A model generated the notes under the pieces. That model ran no database searches and had not been told where the DNA came from. It worked only from the letters and a program-made list of their open reading frames with translations. A program made the position numbers and the translations under genes. Below, piece by piece: positions 48,387 through 57,665 of a DNA stretch of 64,000 nt. Location: assembly GCA_965223415.1 (NCBI GenBank), contig OZ245002.1, forward strand, positions 800,001 to 864,000, given 5' to 3'. The first letter of the stretch is position 1; each line of letters opens with the position of its first letter. Source of the DNA: Myxococcota bacterium (GTDB lineage: Bacteria; Myxococcota_A; UBA9160; UBA6930).

Positions 48387-50087
48387 CTAGGCCGGCTCGT
48401 TCTGGGGCCAGTAGTCGTCTTCGCGGTCCGGATGGCTGTACTCGTAGGGTCCCCGGTACACCGTCGGCAGCTCCTCGAAGTTGCCGTGGCCGGGGGGCGA
48501 AGGCGCCACCCACTCCAGGGTGTTGGCCTTCCACGGGTTGTTCCCGGCCTTCTTGCCGCTCCGCAGGCTCATCCAGACGTTCACGAAGAAGACGACCTGG
48601 AAGGCGATCATGACGAGCAGCGCGGCGGTCGCGAGCTGCCGCAGGTCGAACATCCAACCTTCGGCCAGCTGCGGGAAGTGCTCGTAGTTGTAGATGCGGC
48701 GGTGCTGACCAGCGGCTCCGAGCACGAAGAGCGGAATGAAGATGACGTTGAAGGGGATGATCGTGCCCCAGAAATGGATCTTCCCCAGGGTGTCGTTCAT
48801 CATCTTGCCGGTCATCTTCGGCCACCAGTAGGTGAGCCCGGCGTAGGTCCCGATGATGGCAATCGGGAAGAAGGTGTAGTGGAAGTGGGCCAGCACGAAG
48901 TAGGTGTCGTGGAAGTAGATGTCCGAGCCGCTGGCTCCCAGGAAGATGCCCGTCACTCCGCCGATCAGGAACTCACCGATGAAGGCGAGGGCCCAGAGCA
49001 TCGGCGTGTTCAGCGTGATCGACCCGCCGTACAGCGTGGCGATGTAGACGAAGATCATCTCCGCGATCGGCACCGAGATCAGCAGCGTCGTGATCGTGAA
49101 GACGTGGGCCATGCGCGGGTCGATGCCCGCGATGAACTGGTGGTGGGCCCAGACGGTGAAGGAGAGCACGCCGGTCGCGATCGCCGTGTTCAGCACCGAG
49201 CGGTAGGCGAAGAGCTTCTTCCGCGCGAAGGTCGTGATGATCTCCGCGCAGATGCCGATCGCCGGCAGCAGCACCACGTAGACCTCGGGGTGACCGAAGA
49301 ACCAGAAGAGGTGCTGCCAGAGGATCGGATCGCCGCCCCGGGTCGGATCGTAGAATCCGGTCCCGATGGTCTGGTCGAAGAGCAGCATGATGGCGCCGGC
49401 GACGAGCGGGCCCACCGAAGCCATGAACAGGATGCTCGCGATGACGATGAACCAGACGACGATGGGCACGTCGTAGAGCTTCATGCCCTTGGCGCGGGCA
49501 TTCATCGCGGTCGTGATGAAGTTGATGCCGCCCAGCAGGAAGGCGATGAATTCCAGCGCGACGGCTACCAGCCATATCGACGAGCCCAGGGGCGTCAAGC
49601 TGTACTCCGCCTTGGACGAGAGCGGCGGATAGGCCGTCCAGGCGCCCCCGAAGGCACCGCCCTCGACGAAGAAAGAGGCCAGGAGCACGATCGCCGAGAG
49701 CAGGAAGATCTGGTACGAGAGCCGGTTGATCTTCGGGAAGACCATGTCGTCGCAGCCGATCATCAGCGGAATCAGGTAGTTCCCGAAGGCGGCGATCAGC
49801 ACGGGCATCGCCACCCAGAAGATCATGATCGTGCCGTGGTTCGTGACCAGCGCGTTGTAGTCTGCCGGCGAGACGACGCCCCAGAGCGGCACGTCCATCC
49901 CGGGCCAGGCGAGCTGCATCCGGAAGGCGTAGGCGAAGAAGCCGCCGATCACGCCCATTGCTATGCCCGTGATCATGTACTGGAAGCAGATCATCTTGTG
50001 GTCGGTGGACCACAGGTACTTCCTGAAGAAGCCCTCGTCGTGGTGACCGTGGTCGTCGTGGTGGGTCGCGACTTCGGCGGTGGCCAT
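48387..50087 (-). CDS. ctaD: heme-copper oxidase subunit I, A-family (atypical K-channel)
   Basis: TDHK, TNHG, WFFGHPEVY, WAHH, AHFHY, HRR. Confidence 0.93.
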   Translation of the reverse strand: MATAEVATHHDDHGHHDEGFFRKYLWSTDHKMICFQYMITGIAMGVIGGFFAYAFRMQLAWPGMDVPLWGVVSPADYNALVTNHGTIMIFWVAMPVLIAAFGNYLIPLMIGCDDMVFPKINRLSYQIFLLSAIVLLASFFVEGGAFGGAWTAYPPLSSKAEYSLTPLGSSIWLVAVALEFIAFLLGGINFITTAMNARAKGMKLYDVPIVVWFIVIASILFMASVGPLVAGAIMLLFDQTIGTGFYDPTRGGDPILWQHLFWFFGHPEVYVVLLPAIGICAEIITTFARKKLFAYRSVLNTAIATGVLSFTVWAHHQFIAGIDPRMAHVFTITTLLISVPIAEMIFVYIATLYGGSITLNTPMLWALAFIGEFLIGGVTGIFLGASGSDIYFHDTYFVLAHFHYTFFPIAIIGTYAGLTYWWPKMTGKMMNDTLGKIHFWGTIIPFNVIFIPLFVLGAAGQHRRIYNYEHFPQLAEGWMFDLRQLATAALLVMIAFQVVFFVNVWMSLRSGKKAGNNPWKANTLEWVAPSPPGHGNFEELPTVYRGPYEYSHPDREDDYWPQNEPA

Positions 50088-50103
50088 TCAGCTGCTCTCC
50101 CAG

Positions 50104-50802
50104 CTACCGGGCGGTGGCCGCAGCGAGGGCGGTGGGCGCCTGCTGCGCCTGCCAGGCCGCGTGCTGTTCCGGGGACTCGATGAAGATGCGGGCCGGCATG
50201 AGGCCGTGGCCGATGCCGCAGATCTCCGCACACTGGATGTCGTACTCGCCGGTGAGCGTGGGCTCGAACCAGCCGGTGATCACCCGACCGGGAATGGCGT
50301 CCTGCTTGAGCCGGAAGACCGGCACCGAGAAGTCGTGGAGGACGTCGAGCGACGTGAGCTCGTAGACGTACTTCCTGTTCACCTGGACGTGCAGCTCGTC
50401 GACCTTGGTGATGTCGTCGGCCGTATCGAGCTTCCCGTCGGGGCCGGCGTGAACGAAGGTCCAGGCCCACTGCTGCGAGATCACGCGCACCTTCTCGGAC
50501 TCCGCCTCGGCCGGCAGGGTCTGCTTGATGTCCACCCAGACCTGCACGGCGCCGATCACGATGAAGATGTCGCAAACGAGGATCAGGTGATGCGGCCAGT
50601 GCACCCAGCGGCTCTCGTGCTTCTCGTAGCCAGTGACGTACTCGGCCTTGGGATGCGACTTCTTGCGGTAGCGGAGGATCAGATAGAAGAAGGTGAAGAG
50701 GCTCGCGAAGAACCAGAACCCGACCAGGATCGCGATCAGGTTGACGACGTTGTCCAGGCTCGCGGCGTAGCTCGACGCCTGGACCAGGTAGCGTTCGATC
50801 AT
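50104..50802 (-). CDS. ctaC: cytochrome c oxidase subunit II (CuA)
   Basis: ATG 50802; two TMs; DVLH, CAEICGIGHGLM. Confidence 0.92.
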   Translation of the reverse strand: MIERYLVQASSYAASLDNVVNLIAILVGFWFFASLFTFFYLILRYRKKSHPKAEYVTGYEKHESRWVHWPHHLILVCDIFIVIGAVQVWVDIKQTLPAEAESEKVRVISQQWAWTFVHAGPDGKLDTADDITKVDELHVQVNRKYVYELTSLDVLHDFSVPVFRLKQDAIPGRVITGWFEPTLTGEYDIQCAEICGIGHGLMPARIFIESPEQHAAWQAQQAPTALAAATAR

Positions 50803-50812
50803 CGCTGCACCC

Positions 50813-50920
50813 CTAGAGAATGAACAGGAACACGATGGCGATCCAGGCACCGACGCCAGCCATCGTCATGAGGAAGAGGCGGGTGGCAAACTGCTCCGCC
50901 GTGTACTCCTTGCCGGCCAT
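50813..50920 (-). CDS. 35-aa single-TM peptide within the oxidase operon (not in ORF track)
   Basis: MAGKEYTAEQFATRLFLMTMAGVGAWIAIVFLFIL; GAGGGG RBS; fills the gap between cytochrome c and subunit II. Confidence 0.75.
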   Translation of the reverse strand: MAGKEYTAEQFATRLFLMTMAGVGAWIAIVFLFIL

Positions 50921-50929
50921 GGGATCCCC

Positions 50930-51574
50930 TCAGTTCGAGAAGGTCAGGATGTGGGCGATGACGTCCTTCATGGCCTGATCGTCCTGGAGGACCATCGCCA
51001 TGCCACGCATCACCGCGCCGTCGGTGTCCCGGGGATCGCCGCCGCGAATACCCGCCTTGTACTTCTCGATCGAACGGTAGAGGTACCAGTCCGAGAGGCC
51101 GACGAGGGGAGCGCCGTTGGTGGCCGGGACGCCTTCGCCTCGGGCGCCGTGGCAGGCGGTGCAGGGCTGGTAGAGATCGCCGCCGCGGGAGGCGTCTCCG
51201 CCCTCCAGGGTGGGCTGCGCGGAAGGCATGGGAAGCGCCGCGACGTAGGCCGAGACCGCGTTCACCTGCTCGTCGGTCTGCAGCCAGCGCGACATCGGCC
51301 GCATGCGCAGGCCCTCGGCATCGAGAGGGTGATTGGCGCGCACGCCGTCGCGGAACTTGACGAGCTGCTTCGACAGGTACCACTCGGCCATGCCGGCGAT
51401 GGGCGGGGCGCCGACGAGGGCCTTCCCCTCCCCGGCACTGCCGTGGCACTGGGCGCAGAGCGCGAAGATCTCCTCGCCATCGGCCTCGGCCCATGCGGGC
51501 CCGGGCGCGAGGAGGAGGACCGCGGCCATCGCGATCCGGGTTGCCGATGAGATGCGGGTTCGGGGCGACGCCAT
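50930..51574 (-). CDS. diheme cytochrome c4-like
   Basis: Signal peptide; CAQCH and CTACH, each with a downstream Met. Confidence 0.88.
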   Translation of the reverse strand: MASPRTRISSATRIAMAAVLLLAPGPAWAEADGEEIFALCAQCHGSAGEGKALVGAPPIAGMAEWYLSKQLVKFRDGVRANHPLDAEGLRMRPMSRWLQTDEQVNAVSAYVAALPMPSAQPTLEGGDASRGGDLYQPCTACHGARGEGVPATNGAPLVGLSDWYLYRSIEKYKAGIRGGDPRDTDGAVMRGMAMVLQDDQAMKDVIAHILTFSN

Positions 51575-51811
51575 CCTGATCCTTGCGAGCTTTGCCGACG
51601 CAACGCAGGGCCGAAAATCGGCTGGGCAGGGCCTTCCCCCGAGGTCCCCCGTGCGCGGCCATGCCGCGCAAGCCTGCGCGCAAGCGTTGGAAATCGCGGC
51701 GGAGTGTGGGCGGCCTTCCGCAGTTCGTCAACCCGGAAACGGCCCTTTCCGTCCGCCGGGAGCTCTGAAATCGCCAGCCTTTCCGGACGGCTGGGGCACG
51801 CTGCCCCCCCC

Positions 51812-52246
51812 CTAGGCCGGGACCGGGTTGAGGTGGTAGAGGAGCAGGTAGATCACCACACCGGTGACCGATACGTAGATCCAGATCGGCCAGGCGATGC
51901 GCGCCAGACGGCGGTGCCCCTCGAGCCGACCGCGCAGGCCGAGGGTGACGAGGGTGATCGCGAAGACGGGCACGGTCATGGCGAGCAGCACGTGGCTCGC
52001 GAGCAGCGCGAGGTAGAGCCCCTTGGCGAGTCCCTCGGCGTGGAAGGTGGTGTTCTCGAAGTCCCGCGCCGCCTTGTGCAGGACGTAGAGGACGAGGAAC
52101 GCCCCGGAGACGCCAAAGGCCACCAGCATGGTGCGCCGGTGGGCGTCGACCTGTCCCGCCCGGATCAGTAGACGCCCGCGGACGAGCAGGATCGTCGCGA
52201 CGGCGTTCAGGCTCGCGTTGACCGCAGGGAGGAAGAAGAGGTCCAC
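51812..52246 (-). CDS. DUF420 membrane protein
   Basis: LPAVNASLN, HRRTM, SHVLLA, HRRLARIAWPIWIYVSVTGV. Confidence 0.9.
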   Translation of the reverse strand: MDLFFLPAVNASLNAVATILLVRGRLLIRAGQVDAHRRTMLVAFGVSGAFLVLYVLHKAARDFENTTFHAEGLAKGLYLALLASHVLLAMTVPVFAITLVTLGLRGRLEGHRRLARIAWPIWIYVSVTGVVIYLLLYHLNPVPA

Positions 52247-52259
52247 GCGGTGCGCGGGT

Positions 52260-53150
52260 TCAGCGGACGAGGAGGTCCGCGATCATCGCGAAGTAGAGCA
52301 GGAACAGGTAGGCGAGGGAGGTGAAGAAGACCCGGCGGGCCGCACCGTCACTGCGCTCGCGGATCAGCCGCACGCCGACCCACACGAACCAGGTGTTGAG
52401 GACCAGCGCAGCCACCCCGTAGAGGCTCCCCAACAGGCCGAGCGGAATCGGCAGCAGGGTGATGACGACCAGCCCGAGGGTGTACCAGAGCATGCGCCAG
52501 CGGGTGCGCTCCGGGCCGACGGCGGCGGGCATCATGGGAATCCCCGCCGCGGCGTAGTCCTCGGCGCGATAGAGGGCGATTGCCCATACGTGGGGCGGCT
52601 GCCAGAGGAAGACGATCCCGAAGAGCAGCAGGCCCGGGAGGCCGACGCTGCCGTTCACCGCAGCGTCGGCGATCAGCGGTGCCGCGGCGCCCGCCGCTCC
52701 GCCGATCACCGCGTTGTAGACCGAGCGCGGCTTCAGCCAGATCGTGTAGACGAAGACGTAGAAGAGGATGCTGGCGACGCCGAGGGCGGCGGCCGGAAGC
52801 CCGCCGGCCAGCCAGAGCAGCCCCGTCGAAGCCACCGAGAGCACCAGGCCGAAGACCAGCGCCGAGCGTGCTCCGAGGCTGGCAGCGGGCAGCGGGCGGG
52901 TACGGGTGCGCTCCATCAGGGCGTCCCGGTCCCGCTCGACGTACATGTTCAGCGTATTGGCGGCGGCCGCGGCCACGGCGATTCCCAGCAGGATCAGGAG
53001 CAGGGACGGAAGCGCGGGCCACCCGCCGGCCGCCATGCCCATCACCGGCAGGGCCGTGAAGATCACGAGGGGCAGGATGCGCGGCTTCGTGAGCGCCAGG
53101 TAGCTCACGAAGCGGCTGCGCGGAGCGGGCTGGGCAGCGGCGGCGCTCAT
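52260..53150 (-). CDS. ctaB: protoheme IX farnesyltransferase (heme O synthase)
   Basis: LTKPRI, DRDALMERTRTRPL, YTIWLK, FLWQPPH. Confidence 0.93.
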   Translation of the reverse strand: MSAAAAQPAPRSRFVSYLALTKPRILPLVIFTALPVMGMAAGGWPALPSLLLILLGIAVAAAAANTLNMYVERDRDALMERTRTRPLPAASLGARSALVFGLVLSVASTGLLWLAGGLPAAALGVASILFYVFVYTIWLKPRSVYNAVIGGAAGAAAPLIADAAVNGSVGLPGLLLFGIVFLWQPPHVWAIALYRAEDYAAAGIPMMPAAVGPERTRWRMLWYTLGLVVITLLPIPLGLLGSLYGVAALVLNTWFVWVGVRLIRERSDGAARRVFFTSLAYLFLLYFAMIADLLVR

Positions 53151-53212
53151 CGGGGGCAAGGGTCTCCTCTGGGCGGCACAGGATACGAATTGTGCGCCCG
53201 ACTCTCAAATCC

Positions 53213-53279
53213 GTGAGACAAAGGGACGTTCCTGTCTGTCTCACGGAGTGAGACAGACAGGAACGTCCCTTTGTCTCAC
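53213..53279. repeat. REP doublet, family 2 (32-bp perfect inverted repeat, 3-bp spacer)
   Basis: GTGAGACAAAGGGACGTTCCTGTCTGTCTCAC-GGA-reverse complement. Confidence 0.95.
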
Positions 53280-55237
53280 TACTCCGCGTAGCCGAGGGCC
53301 CGGAGCTGCTCGAGGTGCTCCGGGTCGATCGGAGGCGCCGAGCCCGCATCCCGCTCGCGGGCCGGCGGGTGGGCCGCGAGCCAGGCGTCGAGACCCCGCT
53401 CGAGCCGGGCGCGGAGCGCCGGATCCGACGCGGCCAGGTCCGCCGCCTCGCCGGGATCGCGGCCGAGGTCGTAGACGGACACGGCGCCGCGAGCCGTGCG
53501 GCGGAGCTTGTGGGCCCCCTCCCGGTAGACCCGGACGTCGCGGTCGAAGCGTCCGCCGTAGCGCGGATCCAGGTGGGCCGAGTGCTCGCTCGCATACCAC
53601 TCGGCAACGACCGCCGGAGGAGCCGGCCCGAGCAGCGAGCCGGCCCCGCCCTCCGCGCCGAGGCGCTCGAGCACCGTCCCGTGCAGCGAGGTGATCGAGA
53701 CCGGATCGGCCCGCCGCCCGGGGGTGACGCCCGGGCCGCGAATCACCAGCGGAACCGCCAGGCCCTCCTCCCACAGGTCACGGGAGTGGTCGACGAGGGC
53801 GTGCTCACCGAAGTGCTCTCCGTGATCGGAGGTGACGATCACCGTCGTGCGGCCGGCCAGGGGCGGCGCCTCCAGCGCGTCGAGCAGCCGGCCGAGCTGC
53901 GTGTCCAGACGCGAGAGCTCCCGGTCGTACTCGTTCACCAGATGGCGGTGCACGGCGGCGGGCAGGGGCTGCCCTTCCATCACCTGCTCGAGCTCGAAGC
54001 GGGCGCCGGCCGGGGTGGATTCCGCTTCCAGCGGTGCCGCCGCGGTCGGCGGCGCGCGATTGGGCGCGTGGGCGTCCATGTAGTTCACGAACAGGAAGAA
54101 GGAGCGATCGCCGTGTGCACCGAGCCACTGGAGCGCCCGGTCGGTGATCTCGTGGGCGCGATAGTAGGCCCATCGCACCCTCTCCACGCCGTGGGGATCG
54201 AAGCTGTGGGCGAGGGCGTCGAGACCGGGCACCACCAGTCCGCGCCGGGGCGAGGGCACCCAGTAGGTCTCGAAGCCCGCGTCGAGGCCGAAGCGAGGCG
54301 AGAGATAGAAGTGGTTCGAGACCACGGCGCCAGTCGCGGCGCCGTGGCGCCTCACGCGCTCGGCCAGGGTGTCGACGGCATCCGGCAGGGGGTGGGCGTT
54401 GCCGGTTCGGGCCTCGCCGCGGTAGCCGTGGGCGCCGTGGCTGCGCGGCGGCAGCCCGGTGAACATCGATGCGTGGCTGGGCAAGGTCCACGAGGAAGTG
54501 GACCAGGCGGCGTCGAAGACCAGCGCGTCCCGGGCGAAGTGCTCCAGGCGCGGCATGGGATCGCGCTCGTAGCCGTAGAGGGCCAGGTGATCCCGGCGCA
54601 GGGTGTCGAGGACCACCAGCACGACCCCCGGGCCCTCCGGCGCGGGCGCCGCCTCCGCGATCCGCATGCGCGAGCCCGAGCGAGGCCACTCGGCCTGGCT
54701 GGTCACCAGCAGGAGTAGCGCGACGCCGGCGCAGGAGAACGCGGGATGGAGCCGCGGGCGCCAGCGGAGCGGCAAGGCGGCGAGCAGGGCGGCGAGGGGC
54801 AGCACGAGGAGGCCCGCGCGGTGGACGCGGGCGGCGACCAGGCTGGCGGGAAGCGCCAGCGCCACCAGGGGAACAGCCCAGGAGGGATCGACCACCCGGC
54901 TCCCGCGCAGCACCGCGAGCACGAGCCGGCCCAGCGCGAGGACCGCCAGCGCTGCGCACGCGAGCTTCCATGGGAGCGGAATCGCCGGCACCGCGACCCA
55001 TTCGCCCCAGGCCGCCCAGGCCGGCAGCGACGCCGCGACGATTCCGAGCGGGGCCGCGCCCTGCCCGACGCGCAGCCGTGCCGCCGCCGCGCCCAGCCCG
55101 GCCGCCGCCGCCCCCGCCGCCAGGTCCCAGGGCGTGAACACGGAGGAGAACGGCTCCATGCTGACCCAGCGGCCCAGGACCAGTCCGCCGCCCGCCCACA
55201 GCGCGGTCACGACCCACGGCACCCGCTCGTCCCGCAT
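53279..55237 (-). CDS. membrane-anchored sulfatase-like hydrolase/transferase (AlkP superfamily)
   Basis: N-terminal TMs; LDTLRRDH, WTLPSHASMFTG, NYMDAH, TSDHGE, LRALGY. Confidence 0.85.
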   Translation of the reverse strand: MRDERVPWVVTALWAGGGLVLGRWVSMEPFSSVFTPWDLAAGAAAAGLGAAAARLRVGQGAAPLGIVAASLPAWAAWGEWVAVPAIPLPWKLACAALAVLALGRLVLAVLRGSRVVDPSWAVPLVALALPASLVAARVHRAGLLVLPLAALLAALPLRWRPRLHPAFSCAGVALLLLVTSQAEWPRSGSRMRIAEAAPAPEGPGVVLVVLDTLRRDHLALYGYERDPMPRLEHFARDALVFDAAWSTSSWTLPSHASMFTGLPPRSHGAHGYRGEARTGNAHPLPDAVDTLAERVRRHGAATGAVVSNHFYLSPRFGLDAGFETYWVPSPRRGLVVPGLDALAHSFDPHGVERVRWAYYRAHEITDRALQWLGAHGDRSFFLFVNYMDAHAPNRAPPTAAAPLEAESTPAGARFELEQVMEGQPLPAAVHRHLVNEYDRELSRLDTQLGRLLDALEAPPLAGRTTVIVTSDHGEHFGEHALVDHSRDLWEEGLAVPLVIRGPGVTPGRRADPVSITSLHGTVLERLGAEGGAGSLLGPAPPAVVAEWYASEHSAHLDPRYGGRFDRDVRVYREGAHKLRRTARGAVSVYDLGRDPGEAADLAASDPALRARLERGLDAWLAAHPPARERDAGSAPPIDPEHLEQLRALGYAE

Positions 55238-55278
55238 CACAAACACTCTATCCGTCAGCGTGCGCCTATGCTCCGGCG

Positions 55279-56793
55279 ATGGCGTCTCCCCTTCGCGCCG
55301 CGTTCGCGTGCCTGATCCTGGTCTACGCCGCATGGATCCCCCTGTCCTTCGCGATGGCGCCCAACGCACCGTTCGGGGCGCACCAGGAGCGAGAGGTGGC
55401 GTTCCTCGGGCGCGGCATCGACGCCCTCCCGCTGCTGTCGGAGGAGATCCGGACCCGGGCCCACGCGATCGCGAACGGCGAAGGCCCCTTCGCCGACGCC
55501 TTCCTTCGCCAGGCCACGTGGGCGGCGCTGATGGTGCTCGCCAGCGCGGCGGCGCTCTTCGCGCTGGGCTGGCTCGCCCGAGCGCCGGAGGCCGCGCTCA
55601 CCCGCGAGCTTCGCCGGAAGCTCCTGCGCGCAGGCCTCGCCTTCGGCGGGCTCGCCTTCTTCGCCTATCCGGCCTTCACCCAGGACCCGTGGATGGGCGT
55701 GGCCTGGGGCCGCATGTGGGCCGACGGGCTGAGCCCGTACCACCACGACTTCAGCGACGCGAGCCTCGAAGGGCTGCCGCTCGCCGCCTTCGACCTGCGC
55801 ATGGTCTACGGCCCGCTCTGGGCCTGGATCACCGCCGGGCTCGCCTCTCTGAGCGGGCGCAGTGCCTGGGGCGCGCTCGTCCTGCTGAAGACGCTCCAGC
55901 TCGCCTGCTGGGCGGGCTGCCTGGTGCTGATCTCTCGCATCACGGCGCCGGCCCCGCGGCGCCACGCAGTGGCGTTGGTGCTGTTCGGCTGGCTGCCGTT
56001 CTCGGTCCACTTTGCGGTGGCCGAGGCCCACAACGACGTGATCATGGTGGTGGGGCTGGTGGGCTGGCTGGCGCTGCTCCACGCGGGACGCGCGACCTCG
56101 GGCCTGGCGCTCCTGGCCTCGGCGCTCGTGAAGTACGTGACCGCACCGCTGCTCGCCCTGGAGGTATGGCACCGGCTCCGGGGCACGCCGCGGAGAGGCG
56201 GGCGCGCCCTGGGCCTGCTCGGCGCGGGGCTGCTCGCGGGCCTGCTGCTGGCGACGCCGTTCCTGCTCGAGGGGCCGCTGTTCGAGGACACGGCGAAGAT
56301 GCAGTTCCGCACCCTCTCGCCGGCGAAGGCCCTCTACTCGGCTTGGGGCCGCTGGATGCCGGGCCCCGATCTTCCCATCGACGGGGCCGACGCCCTGGTG
56401 GCCGTGGCCTTCGTCGTGCTGCTGGTGCCGGTCGGCCTGCGATTCCTCGCCCGCGCCAGCCTCGATCGCCTGGTGCCCCTCGCCTTCCTCGCCCTCTGCG
56501 TCGCATCGCTCCTGGCACTCCGGCACACCTGGCCCTGGTGGCTGCTGTGGCCCTTCGCGGTGGGCTGTCTCATCTGGGACTCGCGACTCTTCCTGGGCTT
56601 CCTTCCGATCTTCGTCGTGGCGCCGTTCTTCGACCTCTTCTGGCTCCAGGATCAGGGATGGGCCGGGGCCGATCGCTACGGGCTCTGGCTCTACCTCGCG
56701 GCGGCGACGGGTGTCGCCCCATGCGGATGGCTGCTGGCGCCCGGCCGGCGGGCCCTCGCGAGCCCACCCCACGCCCGCGGCCCCACTCGGTGA
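55279..56793 (+). CDS. GT-C fold membrane glycosyltransferase (MptB/GT87-like)
   Basis: Polytopic; TQDPW, MVYGPLW, AHND, LVKY. Confidence 0.7.
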   Translation: MASPLRAAFACLILVYAAWIPLSFAMAPNAPFGAHQEREVAFLGRGIDALPLLSEEIRTRAHAIANGEGPFADAFLRQATWAALMVLASAAALFALGWLARAPEAALTRELRRKLLRAGLAFGGLAFFAYPAFTQDPWMGVAWGRMWADGLSPYHHDFSDASLEGLPLAAFDLRMVYGPLWAWITAGLASLSGRSAWGALVLLKTLQLACWAGCLVLISRITAPAPRRHAVALVLFGWLPFSVHFAVAEAHNDVIMVVGLVGWLALLHAGRATSGLALLASALVKYVTAPLLALEVWHRLRGTPRRGGRALGLLGAGLLAGLLLATPFLLEGPLFEDTAKMQFRTLSPAKALYSAWGRWMPGPDLPIDGADALVAVAFVVLLVPVGLRFLARASLDRLVPLAFLALCVASLLALRHTWPWWLLWPFAVGCLIWDSRLFLGFLPIFVVAPFFDLFWLQDQGWAGADRYGLWLYLAAATGVAPCGWLLAPGRRALASPPHARGPTR

Positions 56794-57665
56794 ACGGCCC
56801 CGAGCTGGCGATGGTGATGGTGAGCGCCCTGCTCCACGCCGTCTGGAGCGCCTCGATCAAGGGCAGCGGCGACCCGATCGCCTTCAACGTGATGCAGGGG
56901 AGCCTGACGGTCGCCGTCGGTGCCCTGCTGGTGCCCTGGATGGGCCTCGAGGAGATCGGGCGCCCGGTGTGGCTGCTGCTGGCGGCCACCGGCGTCGCCC
57001 ACGGGCTCTACTGGTACGGTCTCAGCCGCGCGTTTCGGGAGGCGGACCTCTCCCTCGCCTATCCGATCATCCGCTCGACCCCGGCCTTCCTGCCCTTCGT
57101 GGCGGTGCCGCTGCTCGGCGAGCAGCTGAGCGTGCTCGGCGCGCTCGGCATCGCGGTGGTGGTGGCCGGAATCTGGGTGCTGCAGGGCAGTGCGCCCAAG
57201 GGGCCCCAGGGAGGGCGCGGCCTGCGGCTCGCCTACTTCACCCTGGCGACGACGGTGGCCTACTCCCTGCTCGACAAGCAGGCCATGGCGGAGGTCTCGG
57301 CGACGCCGTGGCGGGCGGAGCTGCCCCGCTCGCTGGCGATGTACTTCCTGATCTCGTTCACGGGCCTGCTGGGCTTCGTCCCCCTGGCGGCGCACCGGCT
57401 CGAGCGCAGCGCCGTCGTGGCCTGCTGGCGACAGGAGCGGAGCCGCTTGCTCGGCGCCGTCGGAATCGGGATCGCGGGCTACGGGCTCATCCTGGAGGCC
57501 TACCGAAGCGCGCCGGCCAGCTACGTCGTGGCCGTGCGCCAGCTCTCGGTGTTGTTCGCCCTGGTGATCGCCGTCGCGCTGCTGGGCGAGGGCGTCACCC
57601 GGCGCAGGCTGGTGGGCGGGATCGCTACCGTCGCCGGCGTCGTGCTGATCGCATTGCGGGGGTGA
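56790..57665 (+). CDS. EamA/DMT family transporter
   Basis: GTGA overlap; SALLHAVW, DLSLAYPIIRS, YSLLDK, YVVAVRQLSV. Confidence 0.88.
   Translation: MNGPELAMVMVSALLHAVWSASIKGSGDPIAFNVMQGSLTVAVGALLVPWMGLEEIGRPVWLLLAATGVAHGLYWYGLSRAFREADLSLAYPIIRSTPAFLPFVAVPLLGEQLSVLGALGIAVVVAGIWVLQGSAPKGPQGGRGLRLAYFTLATTVAYSLLDKQAMAEVSATPWRAELPRSLAMYFLISFTGLLGFVPLAAHRLERSAVVACWRQERSRLLGAVGIGIAGYGLILEAYRSAPASYVVAVRQLSVLFALVIAVALLGEGVTRRRLVGGIATVAGVVLIALRG

Noticed and set aside
51575..51811. FNR or RegA-type site upstream of the oxidase operon
   Set aside because: No convincing TTGAT-N4-ATCAA or other consensus match by eye
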